In this document: positions 26,956 through 41,311 of the stretch, piece by piece
Layout of the letters: each line of letters opens with the position of its first letter
Position numbering within the stretch: position 1 is the first letter of the stretch
Source of the DNA: Eledone cirrhosa
Taxonomy: Eukaryota
Assembly (NCBI GenBank): GCA_964016885.1
Contig: OZ024743.1
Coordinates: 19,344,001-19,408,000 of the forward strand
Length of the DNA stretch: 64,000 nt
Reading direction: 5' to 3'
The notes under the pieces: model-generated
Told to the model about the DNA's origin: nothing
Database searches by the model: none
The model's input: only the letters and a program-made list of their open reading frames with translations
Made by a program: the position numbers and the translations under genes

Positions 26956-27159
26956 AATATGTATGATCCCGAGGCAGAGCTCAAGCCGTTTCGACGGCTA
27001 TTTCTGGACTCGTCCAGAATAGCGTCCAGAAATAGCCGTCGAAACGGCTTGAGCTCTGCCGTCGGGGTCATACATATTCCTATTACCCCCTCTACTACCC
27101 TAAGTATTGAGTACTCTGGTGCGTTATGGTCCATCTGGTTCCTTACCACACCTCCTTCG

Positions 27160-27165
<6 letters not shown>
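26953..27165 (+). mobile_element. Short PLE end with 5' inversion and 3' half of a hammerhead
   Basis: Inverted repeat 26956-27009 / 27024-27078; GAAACGGC-TTGAGCTCT-GCCGTC at 27041-27063. Confidence 0.65.
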
Positions 27166-27192
<27 letters not shown>

Positions 27193-28620
27193 GGAAAATT
27201 TGAACAGGGACAAAACAGAGAGGAAGTACAACGAATGTTTATTAATTTCACGCTCTGGAGAGTATACATGTATGTGTATATGTACATACATGTATACGTG
27301 AGTTTTTGTATATAAACACACGCTTACATACGCTTACACGCGCGCGCAAAGACTGAAGATTGACATATATAGGTTTATGTATATTTGTATGTGCATATGT
27401 TTATGAAAAATACGCATATGTACAATTGGAATTTTTTCCCAGTACTGTAATTACTGTCGAATATTAAGATGTGAATGTTTACAATCATTTTATTTAGCTT
27501 TTATGGTCAGACACACAGTCAAAAGATTTTACCATAGTGATTTTATAAGCATGACAGTTTGATAAAAACAAACAAACAAGTAGTATAAACTAAAATAAAA
27601 TATCAGCATATTCCAATTTTCTATAAATCTATTTCGCTGATTTTTCTAAGCCGGTATAGACTCAGCAAGATGATGTTTACTTTGGTTTTATGCATTTTTT
27701 TTTGTTGAAAAAAAAATTATTTTAAGCTATCGATGTTGGTATTAGAAAATTGAAAACAAAATTAATTCGAAAGTGCAGTTGTTATTTAGGTATAAAAGGA
27801 ACATACTTAGCCATAATGAAATATATCGCCTCTTGTGTTTACGCTGCTTTACAACGATAGAAAATGTATAGGAGTAATTTATGCTGAATCATATGACTAG
27901 AGTTGTTAACGTTTCAAAATATTTGGCTGCATCGTGTTCAGTCGCTCTACATTAGTACATAATGGAAATTATTTTTGTATTGGTTAATAGGATGGGCATG
28001 GAATATATTAATAAAATGTGATTTAATGTTTGAATATATTTGGCTGGTGTAGAAGAGAGGGTGAAGTAATAAAACACAAGATTTAACGTATAAAATCACT
28101 TCGTTTCATTTGTCTCTGTTGAAATTAGAACGATGAAATACATACCAGTAATATGGTATCGTTTATATGCCTGAGTAAGACTTTCAAAGAGATATCCAAT
28201 GTCTCTACGATGATTGGTTTTTATATAGATATCTTAAAACTTGTAAACTATGTCTCATAGTGCTTAACATATCATTCTAATAACGATTAGAATACATAAT
28301 TCCTTACGAATTTGACTGGGAGAAATATTTTTGTACTCTGTCCAAACAAATTTAATCTCTGTTGGCTTTCAATGGTCATGCAATTCCTTCGTGCAATCCT
28401 AATGTTAAAAATGGTAGCAAGTAGATAACGCGTGCATCAACTTGCATCTATCTATGTGTCTGTGACTTTAGTTCAATATAAATTAAGTTAGCTATGTTAT
28501 GACTGTTAGGAATGTTAGTTATGTTAAGTGTGGTACATTCGGCATCTTCATATTCTTCATAAAAGAGAACATTGAGAGATGGATGAATAGATTGTCCCAT
28601 TGATAGCTAGTTAGCTAAGC

Positions 28621-28661
28621 TAGATATATATATAGAGAGAGGGATAGATAGAAAGATAGAT

Positions 28662-28729
<68 letters not shown>
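28621..28729. repeat. (GATA)n tract, left end of Tx1 array
   Basis: Direct reading. Confidence 0.95.
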
Positions 28730-28731
<2 letters not shown>

Positions 28732-29000
28732 CTTTCTTTTTATTTGCCACCAGGGCATCAAAAGTGGGACAAGTACAAAGGGGGGAGTTTACATGCAAAG
28801 GCGTCCTCAATATGGAGGAGGCAATAACAAGATATAAAATTATAAAAATAAAATAAAATATAACAAAGTAAATTTTATAACAAAATCCTCAATAGGGAGG
28901 AGGCGCCCTGGTGGGTCGCACACACCACCGAAAAAAGTGTGCAACACTCTCCTCAGGAGCACAGAGAGGGGGTGCTCCCTTGATCTTTCATCTTCCTCAC

Positions 29001-32000
29001 CTATAGTCTGATGTAGAGTGAAGGCCCATTCACACGAGCCATTCTCGCCACTTTCACCCATCTTTCATAAAAACGGCTGGGGTGCAGCACCTCTCTCTCC
29101 ATCCTGATCCTTCTTCCGAAATGATATCGGAAGAAACGGACCAGTTGTTGGCCAGAGAGAAAGGTGTCTGACCTCAGTCCTTTCAGACGCGTCCACCATA
29201 CAACCTCTTTCGCCATGGCTATTACGCACAGAAACACCGCCTCTCCTTCGTTTTTGAAGAGGGGAGGCGGCTTGATCGTTACAATAGACTTGGTGGTCAA
29301 CCGGATCGGTCCCACCCTTGACAGCAGTTGTTCGACATAGCTCCACAGATCTGCAATGCCCGAGCAGTGTACCAATGCGTGTGCAACGATTTCCTCGACG
29401 CACACGCATCTGGGACAGATCTTTTTCGAGGGGTCCCTATCAGGGTGCCCGTGTCTGTAGAGTCTTTCTCGAACGGGCAGAGACCCTCGGTAGCACTGCC
29501 AGGCCAGGGACCTCTGGAAGTTATCCATGGGTCCCGGGCTGAATGTCCTACCGAACAGGTTGGCCAGTTCGTCTTCCTCCATGCCTAGGGCTTCTCCGAG
29601 GGCGTCGTCGCACCTGCTAACCACCAGCCCTCTATAGAATGACGAGGTGGATTCTCCACTGACAGCCGGGTCCGCCTGCCAGAGAGCCGTGAGAGCCTGG
29701 GTACACTCGGTGTGCCAGGCGCCGACTTTTCTCGGTCTTTGCTTGATCCAGGATTGCAGCTCGGTGAGTGAGACGAGTCTGGGAAAGGCTCGCCTCATAA
29801 AGGGGGCCCACACCGGTTGACCCGTGAGGAATACCTGGAGGTGCCGTAGCCTTAATACGTGTTTACGCATCATTAGCCACGGCATCCCCAGCCCTCCTTT
29901 CGAAGGGTGTTGACAGCAGATGGAACTCCTCACCATAGGAGCCCGCTTCTTCCAGAGGAATTGGAAGAGTTCGCGTTCCATTTTGGCGAGCGTTTCCCTT
30001 GGGCAAGGCACGACGGTCAGGCGGTAGTAGATGACGGACGCTATATAAGTGTTCGCCACCTCCGCCCGACCTTTCAGGGACAGTTTGCACTCGGCCCACT
30101 TCTGGGTCAGTGCAAACACCCTGTTCGTTACCTCACCCCAGGTCTTCTCCACCTGGAAGTCTGGTCTGAACAAGACCCCGAGCAACTTCACCGGGCCCTC
30201 CGTCCAGCGCCCGACGACGCCATCGGAGGGCATCGATCTGCCCCTCCACGTGCCGAGTTGCAAACCGATCGACTTGTCCCGGTTCAGCTTAGCCCCTGTA
30301 AACGTTTCGTACTCCCCCAGTAAGGTGCCGATCGCCCCGATTTCCGAGGCCGATGACACCATAACTGTTACGTCGTCGGCGTAGGCTGACACCGCTTTCC
30401 GCAATCCCCGTTCCAACGGGATGCCCTGCAACAACTCCAACTTCCGCAGCAGTGGATATAGAGTCATTACATACAGAAGGGAGGAGAGAGGGCACCCTTA
30501 TCGGATGGACCGCGCGATTTCGAACGGCTCCGAGAAGTAGCCGTTCACCTTGACCCGAGAGCAGCAGCGGCTGCTGTGCATGGCATTGATCCAGCCCCTG
30601 AAAACGGGTCCGAAGCCTGCTGCCGCTAGCACTGCATCCAGTTAACCATGGTCAACCCTATCGAACGCGTTAGATTGATCCAAGTTGATCAGGGCCCCAC
30701 CAAAGCCGGGTTCGTTCCCAACCCTCTCTATGATGTATCGCATGAGATGGAGGTTGTCGTGGATGGACCTGGACGGGATAGCACATGTCTGCGCATCTCC
30801 CACCAGGTTTCCCACGACAAGCGCCAACCTCTTTGCTAGCACCTTGGCCAAAATCTGTAACTCTGTATTTAGCAGGGTTATGGGCCTGAAATTATTTATA
30901 TCGTCCCCCTTGTTCTCGTCCTTCCTCACTAGCGTGACTACGCCCTTGGTCACAGCACAGGAAATTCTCCTGTTCTGTTGCCAGTTGCAGTGGACCGCCT
31001 CGAGGAGATCGGGGAACAAGTCCGGCATAGCTTGATACAGTTCGTATGGAAGACCATCGAGACCCGGGGATTTGTGTTTGCCGCATTGGCTTTGCACGTC
31101 CTCTATCTCAGCGGCTGAAATCGGCTCCTCGCAGGACTTCGCCTCCCTGTCCGAGAGACGCGGCAGGCCGTCATGGTATGGACCGAAGTTCACATCCCCA
31201 ACCGTCTCCCGCCCCTTCCGAACAATCCGGCAAAGTGCTTTTGAAAAGCCTCGCACATCTGCTTAGGTTCAAGGATCACCCGTCCATCCTGGTCTCACAA
31301 AGACCGGATAGTGGATATGCTCCCTCTTTTGGCTTCTGTCACGCGGGCCCAGCTAACAGCGTTTCCCAGAACACGTATTTTGCTTCGGACGATGCAGCCT
31401 TCGTGTTTCGCGTCGAAGAACTGGCCCAGGCCGTTCTCGACGCTAGCACTCTGGCCACGCCGCCGCTTCTAATTGCCTCTTACACTATCTACCTGCTCCC
31501 TTTTCTTCCTATTTCTATTTGAGGCTAACTCTTTACTAAATTCTATAGAGACTACTCTAATCTCTCTTTTGAGAGATCCCCACCACCTGTTGTTGACGAT
31601 GGCGCCCGTCAACCGCTCCTTAACTAAAGTGCTAATCCGGTTCCTGTAAGCCTTACTTGCCGGTAAGGACAAGTTGAGCTTCCAGTAACCGTGTCCCTGT
31701 CTATGCGTTCTGTCAAGGTTGACCATGCAGCTCACTAATTTGTGGTCTGAATAGCCAACCATGCTCATTTTTGGACAACTTAAAAAGTCCTTATCCTTAT
31801 TTCTAACTAAGAACCTATCTAGGTACGACCTAGATGATCCGCTACGATTTGCCCAAGTCCAGGTTGGCGCAGTCGGAAAATCTAGTCGAAATATATCGGC
31901 CAGGTAAAATCGACCGATTAACCCTTTGAGGCTATTATACCCCTGTCTATCGGGACAGGCCCCTACGTAGTCCCAGCGTGCATCTAGGATACCATTCCAG

Positions 32001-32421
32001 TCCCCCACTAATAGCAAGGAGCGGGACGTCCCTAGAAAAGTCTCCAGACGATGGAAGAAGTCCGGCCGCAGTGACCCGAAAGGGCCGTAGGCGGCTATCA
32101 ACCTAAACGTTCCGCCTTCACCACTGCCAATGTCCAGGACCACTAGTCGACCCTCCGGGTCCAAATGAACCGTCTGTGTTGCGAGACCTAGATGTGTTTG
32201 CAGCAGAACGACAACCCCACCCCACCTCCGGGCTGACACAGAGATGCGTGCATTTCAAAGTCATCAAAGGTGGGGGCCTGCTGTCGCACGTTGCTGATCC
32301 GGGCCTCGCAAATAACCATCACATCTATACGTTGTGACCTGAGGTCATTTAGAAGCATTGCTTGCTTCCAAGTTGAGCCCAGGCCACGCGCATTTAAATA
32401 GCCTACTCTTAGCATAGCCAT
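29001..32421 (-). pseudogene. Copy A ORF2 (APE endonuclease, RT, CCHC), frameshifted
   Basis: LVGDWNGILD, SYLDRF, YSDH, KSPGLDGLPYE, NFRPITLLN, AFDRVDH, AYADDV, CPRC..HALVHC. Confidence 0.93.
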
Positions 32422-32449
32422 GTTGGTGGTGAAGAGAAAAGGCACTTGC

Positions 32450-34250
32450 CTCTCTGCCGCCCGGGTATCGGGCTGCACAATTTCCATGAGGGTGGGGGAT
32501 GGGTTGTTGGGTGGGGTGGTGGTTTGTGGAAGTGTAGGGGCATCAGTGTGTTGTGTGGTTGGGGTGTTTGGAGTTGTGTGGGTGTTTGGGGAGGGGGTGG
32601 GATAGTCTTTTAGGAGGACGCGGTTAATGGGCCCGATGCTATGGGGGGGGGGGACACGTCCTCTTTAAAGTTGTCTTTTAGAGTTTTATAAGTGTCCTTT
32701 GGGGCCTTAATCATTTTGAGGTGGGGGAAATAACCTGCCTGGGTGAAGTTAGCCCTTGGGTTATTATTAATTTGTTGTTGTACACAATGTTTAACAGTTT
32801 TTTGTTTCTTGTGTTTATGTATGTGTATGCATGTTTTTGTTTTTGTATGGTGTTTTTTGTTTGCTGTTGTTGTGTGCTCTTTTGTGTTGGTGTCAGTGTT
32901 ATGTTTTGGGGAGTGGTTGTTTTCATTGGTGTGTTTTCTTTTTTTTCTTATTTTTCTTTTGATTGTGTGGAAGTGCTGCTCCTCGACTGACGACGAACGA
33001 GGGTCATCTTCCGCGTTGGAGAGGAGGGGTATATTTTCGGGTTGTGTTTGCGGTGCGGGTGTTTTGGGAATTGTTTTTTTTTTGAGTGGGGGGATGGGTT
33101 GGACATTGTTTTATTTTGGTTTGAGCTGTGGTTGTTGTTTTTATAGTGGTGGTTATGGTGGTTGTGTTGGTTGTGCAGTTGTTGGTGGTGTAGGCAGGAT
33201 TGGAGTTTTCTTATTAAGTTGGGGACAGAGAGCCCTCAGGTGACCTCTGGTTCCACAGAGGTAACACGAGGGCCGCCTACCCTCAACGGTAATGTTGATG
33301 AAAGTTTGATCATCCAGTATGACGCGTTCAGGGATCTGGGCGATCCTTTCGGGCCTCATTTGAACTACAAGTTCGAGGCTCGTTCCACTGAACGCATCAC
33401 TCGATGCCTTTCCCATGGACACCAGCGTGTCATCATCCAGTTTCAGGAAACCTGTCAAAACCCACCATATGTCTATAATCGGCAGGATGGTGTGGATATT
33501 TATTTGTTGTGGCCTTCTACCCATGGACGTAGGGTAGAAGGTGTATGCGGTGGATGTAATTGGATTGATGGACAGTTTCACTGCTGTGTCCCTGTCCTTC
33601 ATGAGAATGGATAGACTCCCGTAGTGTCTATCCTTCTGAATGAAGGTGATGTCCTTCATGACGTCTTTTAAAACCAGCTCTATCTCACTATGTGATGGTT
33701 GAGCTCGTTTTTTGCTTTTATTTGAAATTGTCCTAAACATGACAGTGTTTAGGAGTCTCTGGCTTTTTACTTCCGGAGGGGAGTGGATAGAAAATGCACC
33801 ATTTTCCCCGTACACTATATCTTTTTTGGTATCTGCCAGTAGCTCCTTCGCTTTGGTTATATCTACTGGCAGATAGTCGAGGGTTTTCCTTGCCGTCTGG
33901 GCGAAGGAGACCTTTTCCTTTTTTGTGTTGCTGTTGTAGTTGGTGGTGTTGTTGTTATCATTGTTGTTGTTATCAAAGTTATTGGACTTGAGGTTGTTGT
34001 TATTGTTATTGGTGTTGTTTTCGTCCGTAGCATTGTTGTTGTTGTTGCTGGTGCCGCTGGTTGTTTGGTTTGTTGTCATGGCAACGTCAAGTTGTCGGTC
34101 AGCAGGTGGAGAAAATCCTTCCTCTGGTTGACCTTTGTCTTTGGCCTCTGCTACTGTGAGTGTGGCAGGGGGAAGCTGTAAGCTTATCTTCCCCTTTCCT
34201 CCTTCGAATGTTGGTGAAGGAGCTTCAGCCGTTTTAAAAAATGTTAACAT
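32450..34250 (-). pseudogene. Copy A ORF1 (nucleic-acid-binding, CCHC knuckle)
   Basis: GRRPSCYLCGTRGHLRALCP; N/T-rich N-terminus; stop at 33153 and disrupted C-terminus. Confidence 0.85.
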
Positions 34251-34454
34251 TTCAACAAAAGAAAAACTTTTTGTTTAACTATTTCGCCTAAAGGCGTAGA
34301 ATATTTTGAGAGACTGACCAGATCAAAATTTGACCTGGCAGTCCTTCTACAAAATGGTACAAAAATTAAAGTTTACAAACAGGAATTTCTATAGAAATTT
34401 AAACAGAACTTACTCAGCAAGTTTCACGCGTGTATCCATCCCAGACATAGATAT

Positions 34455-35350
34455 GTTTCTTTTATTTGCCACCAGGGCATCAAAAGTGGGACAAGTACAA
34501 AGGGGGGAGTTTACACAAAAAGGCGTCCTCAATAAGGAGGAGGCAATAACAATGTATAAAAATAAAATAAAATATAACAAAAAATAAAATTTATAACAAA
34601 ATCCTCAATAGAGAGGAGGCGCCTTGGGGGGTCGCACACACCCCCGAAAAAAGTGTGCAACCCTTTTCCTCATGAGCACAGAGAGGGGGTGCTCCCTCGT
34701 TCCTTCCTCCTTTCCACCTACAGGCTTATGTAAAGAGAAGGCCCATTCACACGGGCCATTCTCGCCACTTTCACCCACCTTTCATAAAAACGACTGGGGT
34801 GGAGCACCTCTCTCTCCATCCTGATCCTTCTTCCGAAATGATATCGGAAGAAACGGACCAGTTGTTGGCCAGAGAGAAAGGTGCCTGACCTCAGTCCTTT
34901 CAGACGCGTCCACCATACAACTTCTTTCACCATGGCTATTACGCACAGAAACACCGCCTCTCCTTCATCTATGAAGGGTGGAGGCGGCTTGATCATTACG
35001 ATAGACTCGGTGGTCAACCGGATCGGTCCCACCCTTGACAGCAGTTGTTCGACATAGCCCCACAGATCGGCTACGCCCGAGCAGTGTACCAATGCGTGTG
35101 CAACGGTTTCCTCGTCGCACACGCATCTGGGACAGATCTTTTTGGCGGGGTCCCTACCCGGGCGCCTGTGTCTGTAGAGTTTTTCTCGGACGGGTAGAGC
35201 CCCTCGGTAGCACTGCCAGGTCAGGGACTTCTGGAAGTTGTCCATAGGTCCCGGGCTGAATGTCCTACCGAACAGGCTGGCCAGTTCGTCCTCCTCCATG
35301 TCTAGGGCTTCTCCGAGGGCGTCGTCGCACCTGCTGCGTACCAGCCCTCA
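34455..35350 (-). mobile_element. Tx1 copy B, 5'-truncated (ORF2 C-terminus + 3'UTR)
   Basis: ORF 34718-35299 matches the copy A C-terminus; truncation point abuts (GATA)n. Confidence 0.93.
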
Positions 35351-35377
35351 GAGATAGATAGATAGTTATATAGATAC

Positions 35378-35426
<49 letters not shown>
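35351..35426. repeat. (GATA)n spacer
   Basis: Direct reading. Confidence 0.95.
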
Positions 35427-35427
<1 letters not shown>

Positions 35428-35660
35428 TTCTTTATTAGCCACAAGGGTGCAACGAGAAAGGGGACAATACAAAGACATGCCGGGGATTTTACATACAGTC
35501 GTGTAAAAAATATAAAAACAAACAATTTCAACAATCGAAATCCCCAATAGGGGGGAGGCACCACAAATGGGTTGTTTAATACCCCGTCGATAGAACAACC
35601 CTCAACTCGAGGAGCGTGTTGTGCAAGTGCTCCTTTCTTCCTTTTGCTCTCTTCCTCAAC

Positions 35661-38600
35661 CTACAGGCTTATAAACAGAGAAGGCCCAATCACTCGGGCC
35701 ATTTTCGCTTCATTCACCCACCTTTCAGTAAATTTACTGGGGTGCAGTGCCTCTCTCTCCACCCTGATTCTCCTTCTAAAGTGATACTTAAAGAAGGGAA
35801 TCAATTGTTGTCCGGAGAGAAAGGCATCTGTCCTCAGTCCTCTCAACCTCGTCCACCATATAACTTCTTTCACCATAGCCACCGTACAGAGGAAAACTGC
35901 CTCTATTTCGTTTTTAAAAGAGTCTGGCGGTTTGATCCTTACTATGGACTCGGCAGTCAACTGTATTTGTCCCATACGCGACAGCAGTTGTTCTGCATAG
36001 TTCCACAGTTCGCTTACGCCCGGGCAGTGTACAATTGCGTGCAGAACTGTTTCAATGTCCTGCGGACATCTTGGACACGTCCTCTTGGAAGGATCCCTGC
36101 CAGGGCGTCCGTGCCTGTAGATCTTGTCACGAACCGGTAGAGTTCCTCGGTAGCACTGCCAGGCCAGGGACCTCTGGAAGTTGTCCATAGGTCCCGGGTG
36201 GAAAGTCCTACCAAACAGACTGGTGAGCTCATCGTCTTCGACGCCCAGAGTCTCTCCGAGCACGTCGTCGCCCTTGTAACGTACAACCCCTCTATAGAAT
36301 GTCGAAGTGGAGTCTCCACTGATTGCTGCGCCCGCCTGACAGAGGACTGTGAGCGCCTGAGCGCATTCAATGTGCCAGGCCCCCATCGTTTTCGGTCTTT
36401 TCTTCACCCAGGAGTGCAGCTCCGTTAGCGAGAGGAGCTGTGGGAAAGCCTGTCTCACAAACAGTGCCCACACCGGTTGGGGGTCGGTGAGGAATACCTG
36501 GAGCTGCCGCAGCCTCAGCGCATGTTTGCGCATCATCAGCCACGGCATTCCCAGCCCTCCGTTGGAAGGGTGCTGACAGCAGACGGATCTCCTCACCAGC
36601 GGAGCCTGCTTCTTCCACAGAAACTGGAAGAGCATGCGTTCCATCTTGGCGAGATGTTCACGGGGGCAAGGCGCGACAGTCAAGCAGTAGTAAATGACGG
36701 ACGCTATGAAAGTGTTCGCCACCTCCGCTCGACCTTTCAAGGACAGTTTGCAATCTGCCCACTTCTGAGTGAGTGCAAACACCTTGGCCGTGACCTCGTT
36801 CCAGTTTTTCTCCACCTCGAGGTCTGGACCGAACAAGACCCCGAGCAATTTCACCGGTCCTTCCGTCCAGCGTCCAACGACGCTGTCGGATGTCATCGGT
36901 TTGCCTCTCCACGTACCGAGTTGCAAACCGACAGACTTGTCTGGGTTTAGTTTGCTCCCGTCAGCGTTTCGTATTCTTTCAGTATGTTGCCGATCACCCC
37001 GATTTCCGAGGTGCTCGACACCATTACCGCAACGTCGTCGGCATAAGCCGACGCCGCTTTGCGCAGTCCCGGTTCTAGGGGGATGCCCTGCAACAGCTCC
37101 AATTTCCGCAGTAGTGGCTCTAGAGTCAATACATACAGAATGGAGGAGAGAGGGCGTCCCTGTCGAATGGAACGCGTGATTGCGAACGGCTCCGATAGGT
37201 AGCCGTTCACCTTGACCCTCGAGCAGATGCTGGTGTGCATCGCCTCGATCCATCCTCTGAACACGGGACCGAAACCGGCCGCCTTGAGAACCGCTTCCAA
37301 GTATCGATGGTCGACCCTATCGAATGCCTTAGACTGATCCAAGTTGATCAGAGCCCCACCGAAGCCGGGTTTACTACCCACCCTCTCTATGATGTATCGC
37401 TTGAGGTGGAGGTTGTCGTGTATGGACCTGGTCGGGATTGCACACGTTTGCGCTTTCCCTACCAGGTTCTCGACGACAAGCGCCAACCTCGTCGCTAGCA
37501 CCTTGGCCAAAATCTTTAACTCTGTGTTGAGCAGAGTTATGGGCGTGAAGTTGTTAATTTCGTCCCCCTTGTTCTCGTCTTTCCTGATCAGCGTTACTAC
37601 GCCCTTGCCTGCAGAACTGGGAATTCTCCCGTTCTGCTGCCAATTGCAGTAGACGGCTTCGAGGACGCCAGAGAACAAGTCCGGCATGCCTATGTAAAAT
37701 TCGTAGGGTAGACCATCTAGACCGGGTGACTTGCGTTTCCCGCAGCGGCCCAGAGCGTCCCGTATCTCAGTGTCCGTGATCGTTCTTTCCCAGAACTCGG
37801 CGTCGGTGTTCGAGAGACGCGGCAGGCCGTCGAGGTATGAACTAAAGTCCATTGCCCCGTTCGGCTCACCGTCGTTCTGCTCAAACAGTCGCGCAAAGTG
37901 CCGCTGAAAGGCCGCGCACATTTGCTTGGGGTCAAGTAGCACGCGTCCGTTTTGGTCTTTCAAAGACCGAATCGTGGACTTGTTGCCACTTTTTGCCTCC
38001 GCCACTCGGGCCCAGCTGACAGATTTCGCTCCTTCGTTTCATAGAGCACGTGTTTTGCTTCTGACCACGCAGCCTTCGTGTTTCGCATCGAAGAACTGGT
38101 CAAGTGCCGTTCTCGACGCTAACACTCTAGCTGCGTTGCCACCTCTAAGTGCCTCCTCTACCTTGGCTACTAGTTCTCTTTCTATTCTGTTTTTCTCTAA
38201 GGCTAACTCTCTGCTATACCATATCGATTCTATTCTAATTGCTTTCTTGAGAGAGTACCACCATCTATTGTTGACGATGGCTCCCGTTAACTGTTGCTTG
38301 ACTAGTCTACTTATCCGTTCACTGTAAGCTTTACGTGCCGGCAACGACACGTTCAGCTTCCAGTATCCGGGACCATGTCTATGTATTCTATCACGGTTGA
38401 CTAAGCAGACGACTAAGTTATGATCTGAATAGGCAACCATGTACATTCGTGGACAGCTTAACATCTCCTTGTCCCTTTCTCTAATGAAGAACCTATCTAA
38501 ATACGATCTAGATGTCCCACTGCGGTTTACCCACGTCCACTGTGGTGCAGTCGGGAAATCCAGTCGATACCTATCGGCCAGTTGGAATTGGCCGATTAAA

Positions 38601-39106
38601 GTTTTGAGGCTGTTGCACCCCGCTCTACTGGGACATGCTCCCACATAGTCCCATCGTGCATCTAGGATACCATTCCAGTCCCCCACTAAAAGTAAGGAGC
38701 GAGACGTTCCCAGAAAAGACTCTAGACGCTTAAAGAAGTCTGGCCGTGATTGCGATTGCCCGGTCGGGGCATAAACGGCCACCAGTCTGAAGGCTCCACC
38801 TCCAATACTGTTCACGTCTAGGACTACCAGTCTACCCTCCGGGTCCAAGTGTACTTGCTGTACTCCGACGTCCAGGTTCTTCCGAAACATAACAGCCACT
38901 CCACCTCCACCTCCTGGCTGACAGAGAGATGCGTAAATCTGAAAGTCGTCGAAGATGGGGGTTAGTTGCTGCCTGTTGTGGATTCTGGACTCGGTGATGG
39001 CTATCACATCCATACTGTGTGACCTAAGGTCGTTTAAAAGTTGGCCCTGTTTCCAGGGCATCCCTAGGCCACGCACATTCACGGTTCCAACTCGTAAACC
39101 AGCCAT
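35661..39106 (-). pseudogene. Copy C ORF2 (APE-RT-CCHC), stop and frameshift
   Basis: ORF pieces 38039-39106, 36947-38005, 35661-37253 carry the APE, YADD and CCHC motifs. Confidence 0.93.
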
Positions 39107-39149
39107 GTTGGTGAAGAAATGTTGGAGAAAAAGGACGAAAGGTGCACTT

Positions 39150-41030
39150 ACCTTTTCGTTTCCTGGAGATCGGGTTGTTCAATCTCCATTTGGGTGCTGG
39201 ATGGGTGTTGGGTGGGGTGGGGAAACATTTCAACAGGACGCGGTTGATGGCTTTGTGGCAGGGGTTGCCCACGTCCTGTGAAAATTTAATTTTTAAGTCT
39301 TTATAGGTTTCCATAGAAACCCTTATAAGTTTAAGGTGTGGAGACGATTCTGCCTTGACGAAAGTTTTGCCCTCCGTCTCCACCTTGGGGTTTTGGGAGA
39401 TGACCTCCATCAAACTCTTGTTGTTTGTGTTGATGTATGCGTATTGTTGTTTGTGTTTTTGTTGTGTTGTTTTAGTTTGTTGTTCATCCGGGAGTTTTCT
39501 TTTTATGGTGGGTGCTTGTGTTTGGGGTGGTGTTGGTGCTGGTTTTGCTGATAGGGGGATGTTTGACTGTGGTGTTGTTTGTGTCTGTGGTTGTGTGTTG
39601 GTGTTGGTGATTGGAGTTTTGGGGGTTTTGTGGTGTCTCTTTTTTTGTTTTTAGATTTCCGCGGTTCTCCCTCTTTTTCACTTAAAGAAGGAGAAGCAGC
39701 TTCATCCGTCGATGAATAATCATCGTCAGGTGTGTGGGGTAAGGGTATGTTGTGTGGTGGTGGTGGTGTTTCGGTATGTGTGTTTGTGGTAGTGTTTGAT
39801 GGAGTGGGATGGAGTGGGGATGTGTTCTTCAGGGGTGTTTTTTCTGTTGTTGTTGGTTGAGTGTCTGTTTGTTTTGGTGTGGTTGCTCGTTTCGTCTGTC
39901 GTTGTACTTGTGGTGGTGGTGGTGGTTGTTTTGGTGTTGGTGTTGGTAATAGCGTTTTTTTTATGATGTTGTTGTTGTGTGTTTGTGGACAAGAGGCTTT
40001 TAGCTGAGATGTGCTACCACAGCGAAAGCAATGAAATTTTCGTCATTCTACCGAAATGTTTATTTTGTTGTTATTATCAATAACGACTCTTTCGGGTATT
40101 TAGGAGATTCTCTCCGGTTTCGTTTGCAACAGAATCTCAAAATCGGTGCCCGCCCACCTTTGTAGAATAGATTTTCGTATCGAAAGTATTATGTATGTTT
40201 CTGGCTCTACGAAGCCAGCCAAGATCCACCAGATGTTAATGCTTGGGGGTATGTTTTTTATTTTTATTTTTTGTGTCCTTTTCCCCATGTATGTAGGGAA
40301 AAAGGTGTATGCTTTTGACACTATTGGTGTCACAGAGTTTTTTGGGGCGAGTGCCTCACTTTTAAACAGTACGGAAACACTTCCGTACTGTTTTCCTCGC
40401 TGGAGAAAATCGACATTTCCTATAATCTCCTTGAAAGAATCTTCTATATCTGCTTGATTAACAAATGTCGGTGTTCTTGACGAATTTGACACAGTCCTAA
40501 AGGTGACTGATCGGCGGTTTGTGTCTTCCTTTATTTCAAGGGGTGAGTTAATTCTAAACCCACCTCTTTCTTCGAAAGTTACAAATGTTCTCCCTTGCTG
40601 GAGCATATCTCTTGCGTTGGAGATATCAAGATTTATAAAATCTTGTTTCTTGTTCACTGTGTCAGCGAAAGACATTTTCTTTTTTTGTGTGGTGGTGTTG
40701 TTGATAATGATGTTATCGTTGTTTGAAATTTTATGTGTAGATGTATCTGTAGAGTTGTTGATGTCTTTTTCATGTGTATGTATGTCAATGGGTTTTTTTG
40801 CTGTGTTTTCCTGTGTGTTATTGTCATTTTTCTCCGCTTCGGCGGTAGAAATCGTAAAATTTTCAAATGTTGATATAATTTTTTTCTTTTATGACAGTTG
40901 TATCTATGGCAACGTCCATAGCAGCAGAAGCAGATATAACGTTAATATATGCCTCTTTCTCTCTCTTTTCTCTATTAATGTTCTCCAGCGTTCTAGTGTT
41001 GCTCAAGTTTTTTACTTTGTAAAATCTGAT
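39150..41030 (-). pseudogene. Copy C ORF1, disrupted
   Basis: SFAD..FFPTYMGKRTQKIKI core and KAINRVLLK C-terminal block; start uncertain. Confidence 0.8.
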
Positions 41031-41214
41031 ATTTTAAAACAAATTCTTTGAAATAAAATGTTCGCCCCTACAGGGGCGAAACATAGGATTACCACCCAGC
41101 TGACAATTCAGCTTGGGGGTTAATCTACAAAGTGTTGTATTTTTTTCAAACAATTAGATCGGTTTTTTGCATAGAAATTAACAAAAAACTTACCGGCGAT
41201 ATTCCACACGTCAG

Positions 41215-41216
41215 AC

Positions 41217-41311
<95 letters not shown>

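Larger units (their letters stand above)
28730..34442 (-). mobile_element. Tx1/L1-type non-LTR retrotransposon, copy A (both ends present)
   Basis: 5'UTR, ORF1 with zinc knuckle, APE-RT-CCHC ORF2, AATAAA then (TATC)n. Confidence 0.95.
35427..41214 (-). mobile_element. Tx1 copy C (both ends present)
   Basis: Same architecture as copy A, divergent subfamily. Confidence 0.94.

Noticed and set aside
34347-34412. Short intron in the Tx1 5'UTR (GTAAGT...TTTGTAG in A, C; GTAATT in E)
   Set aside because: D and F have GAAGT and F has GTAA at the acceptor position; the motif is better explained as the 3' arm of a covarying hairpin
41055-41130. HDV-like or hammerhead ribozyme suggested by GGGGCGAA in the 5'UTR
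   Set aside because: GGCGAA is paired within a simple hairpin; no nested double pseudoknot or CUGANGA could be fitted by eye
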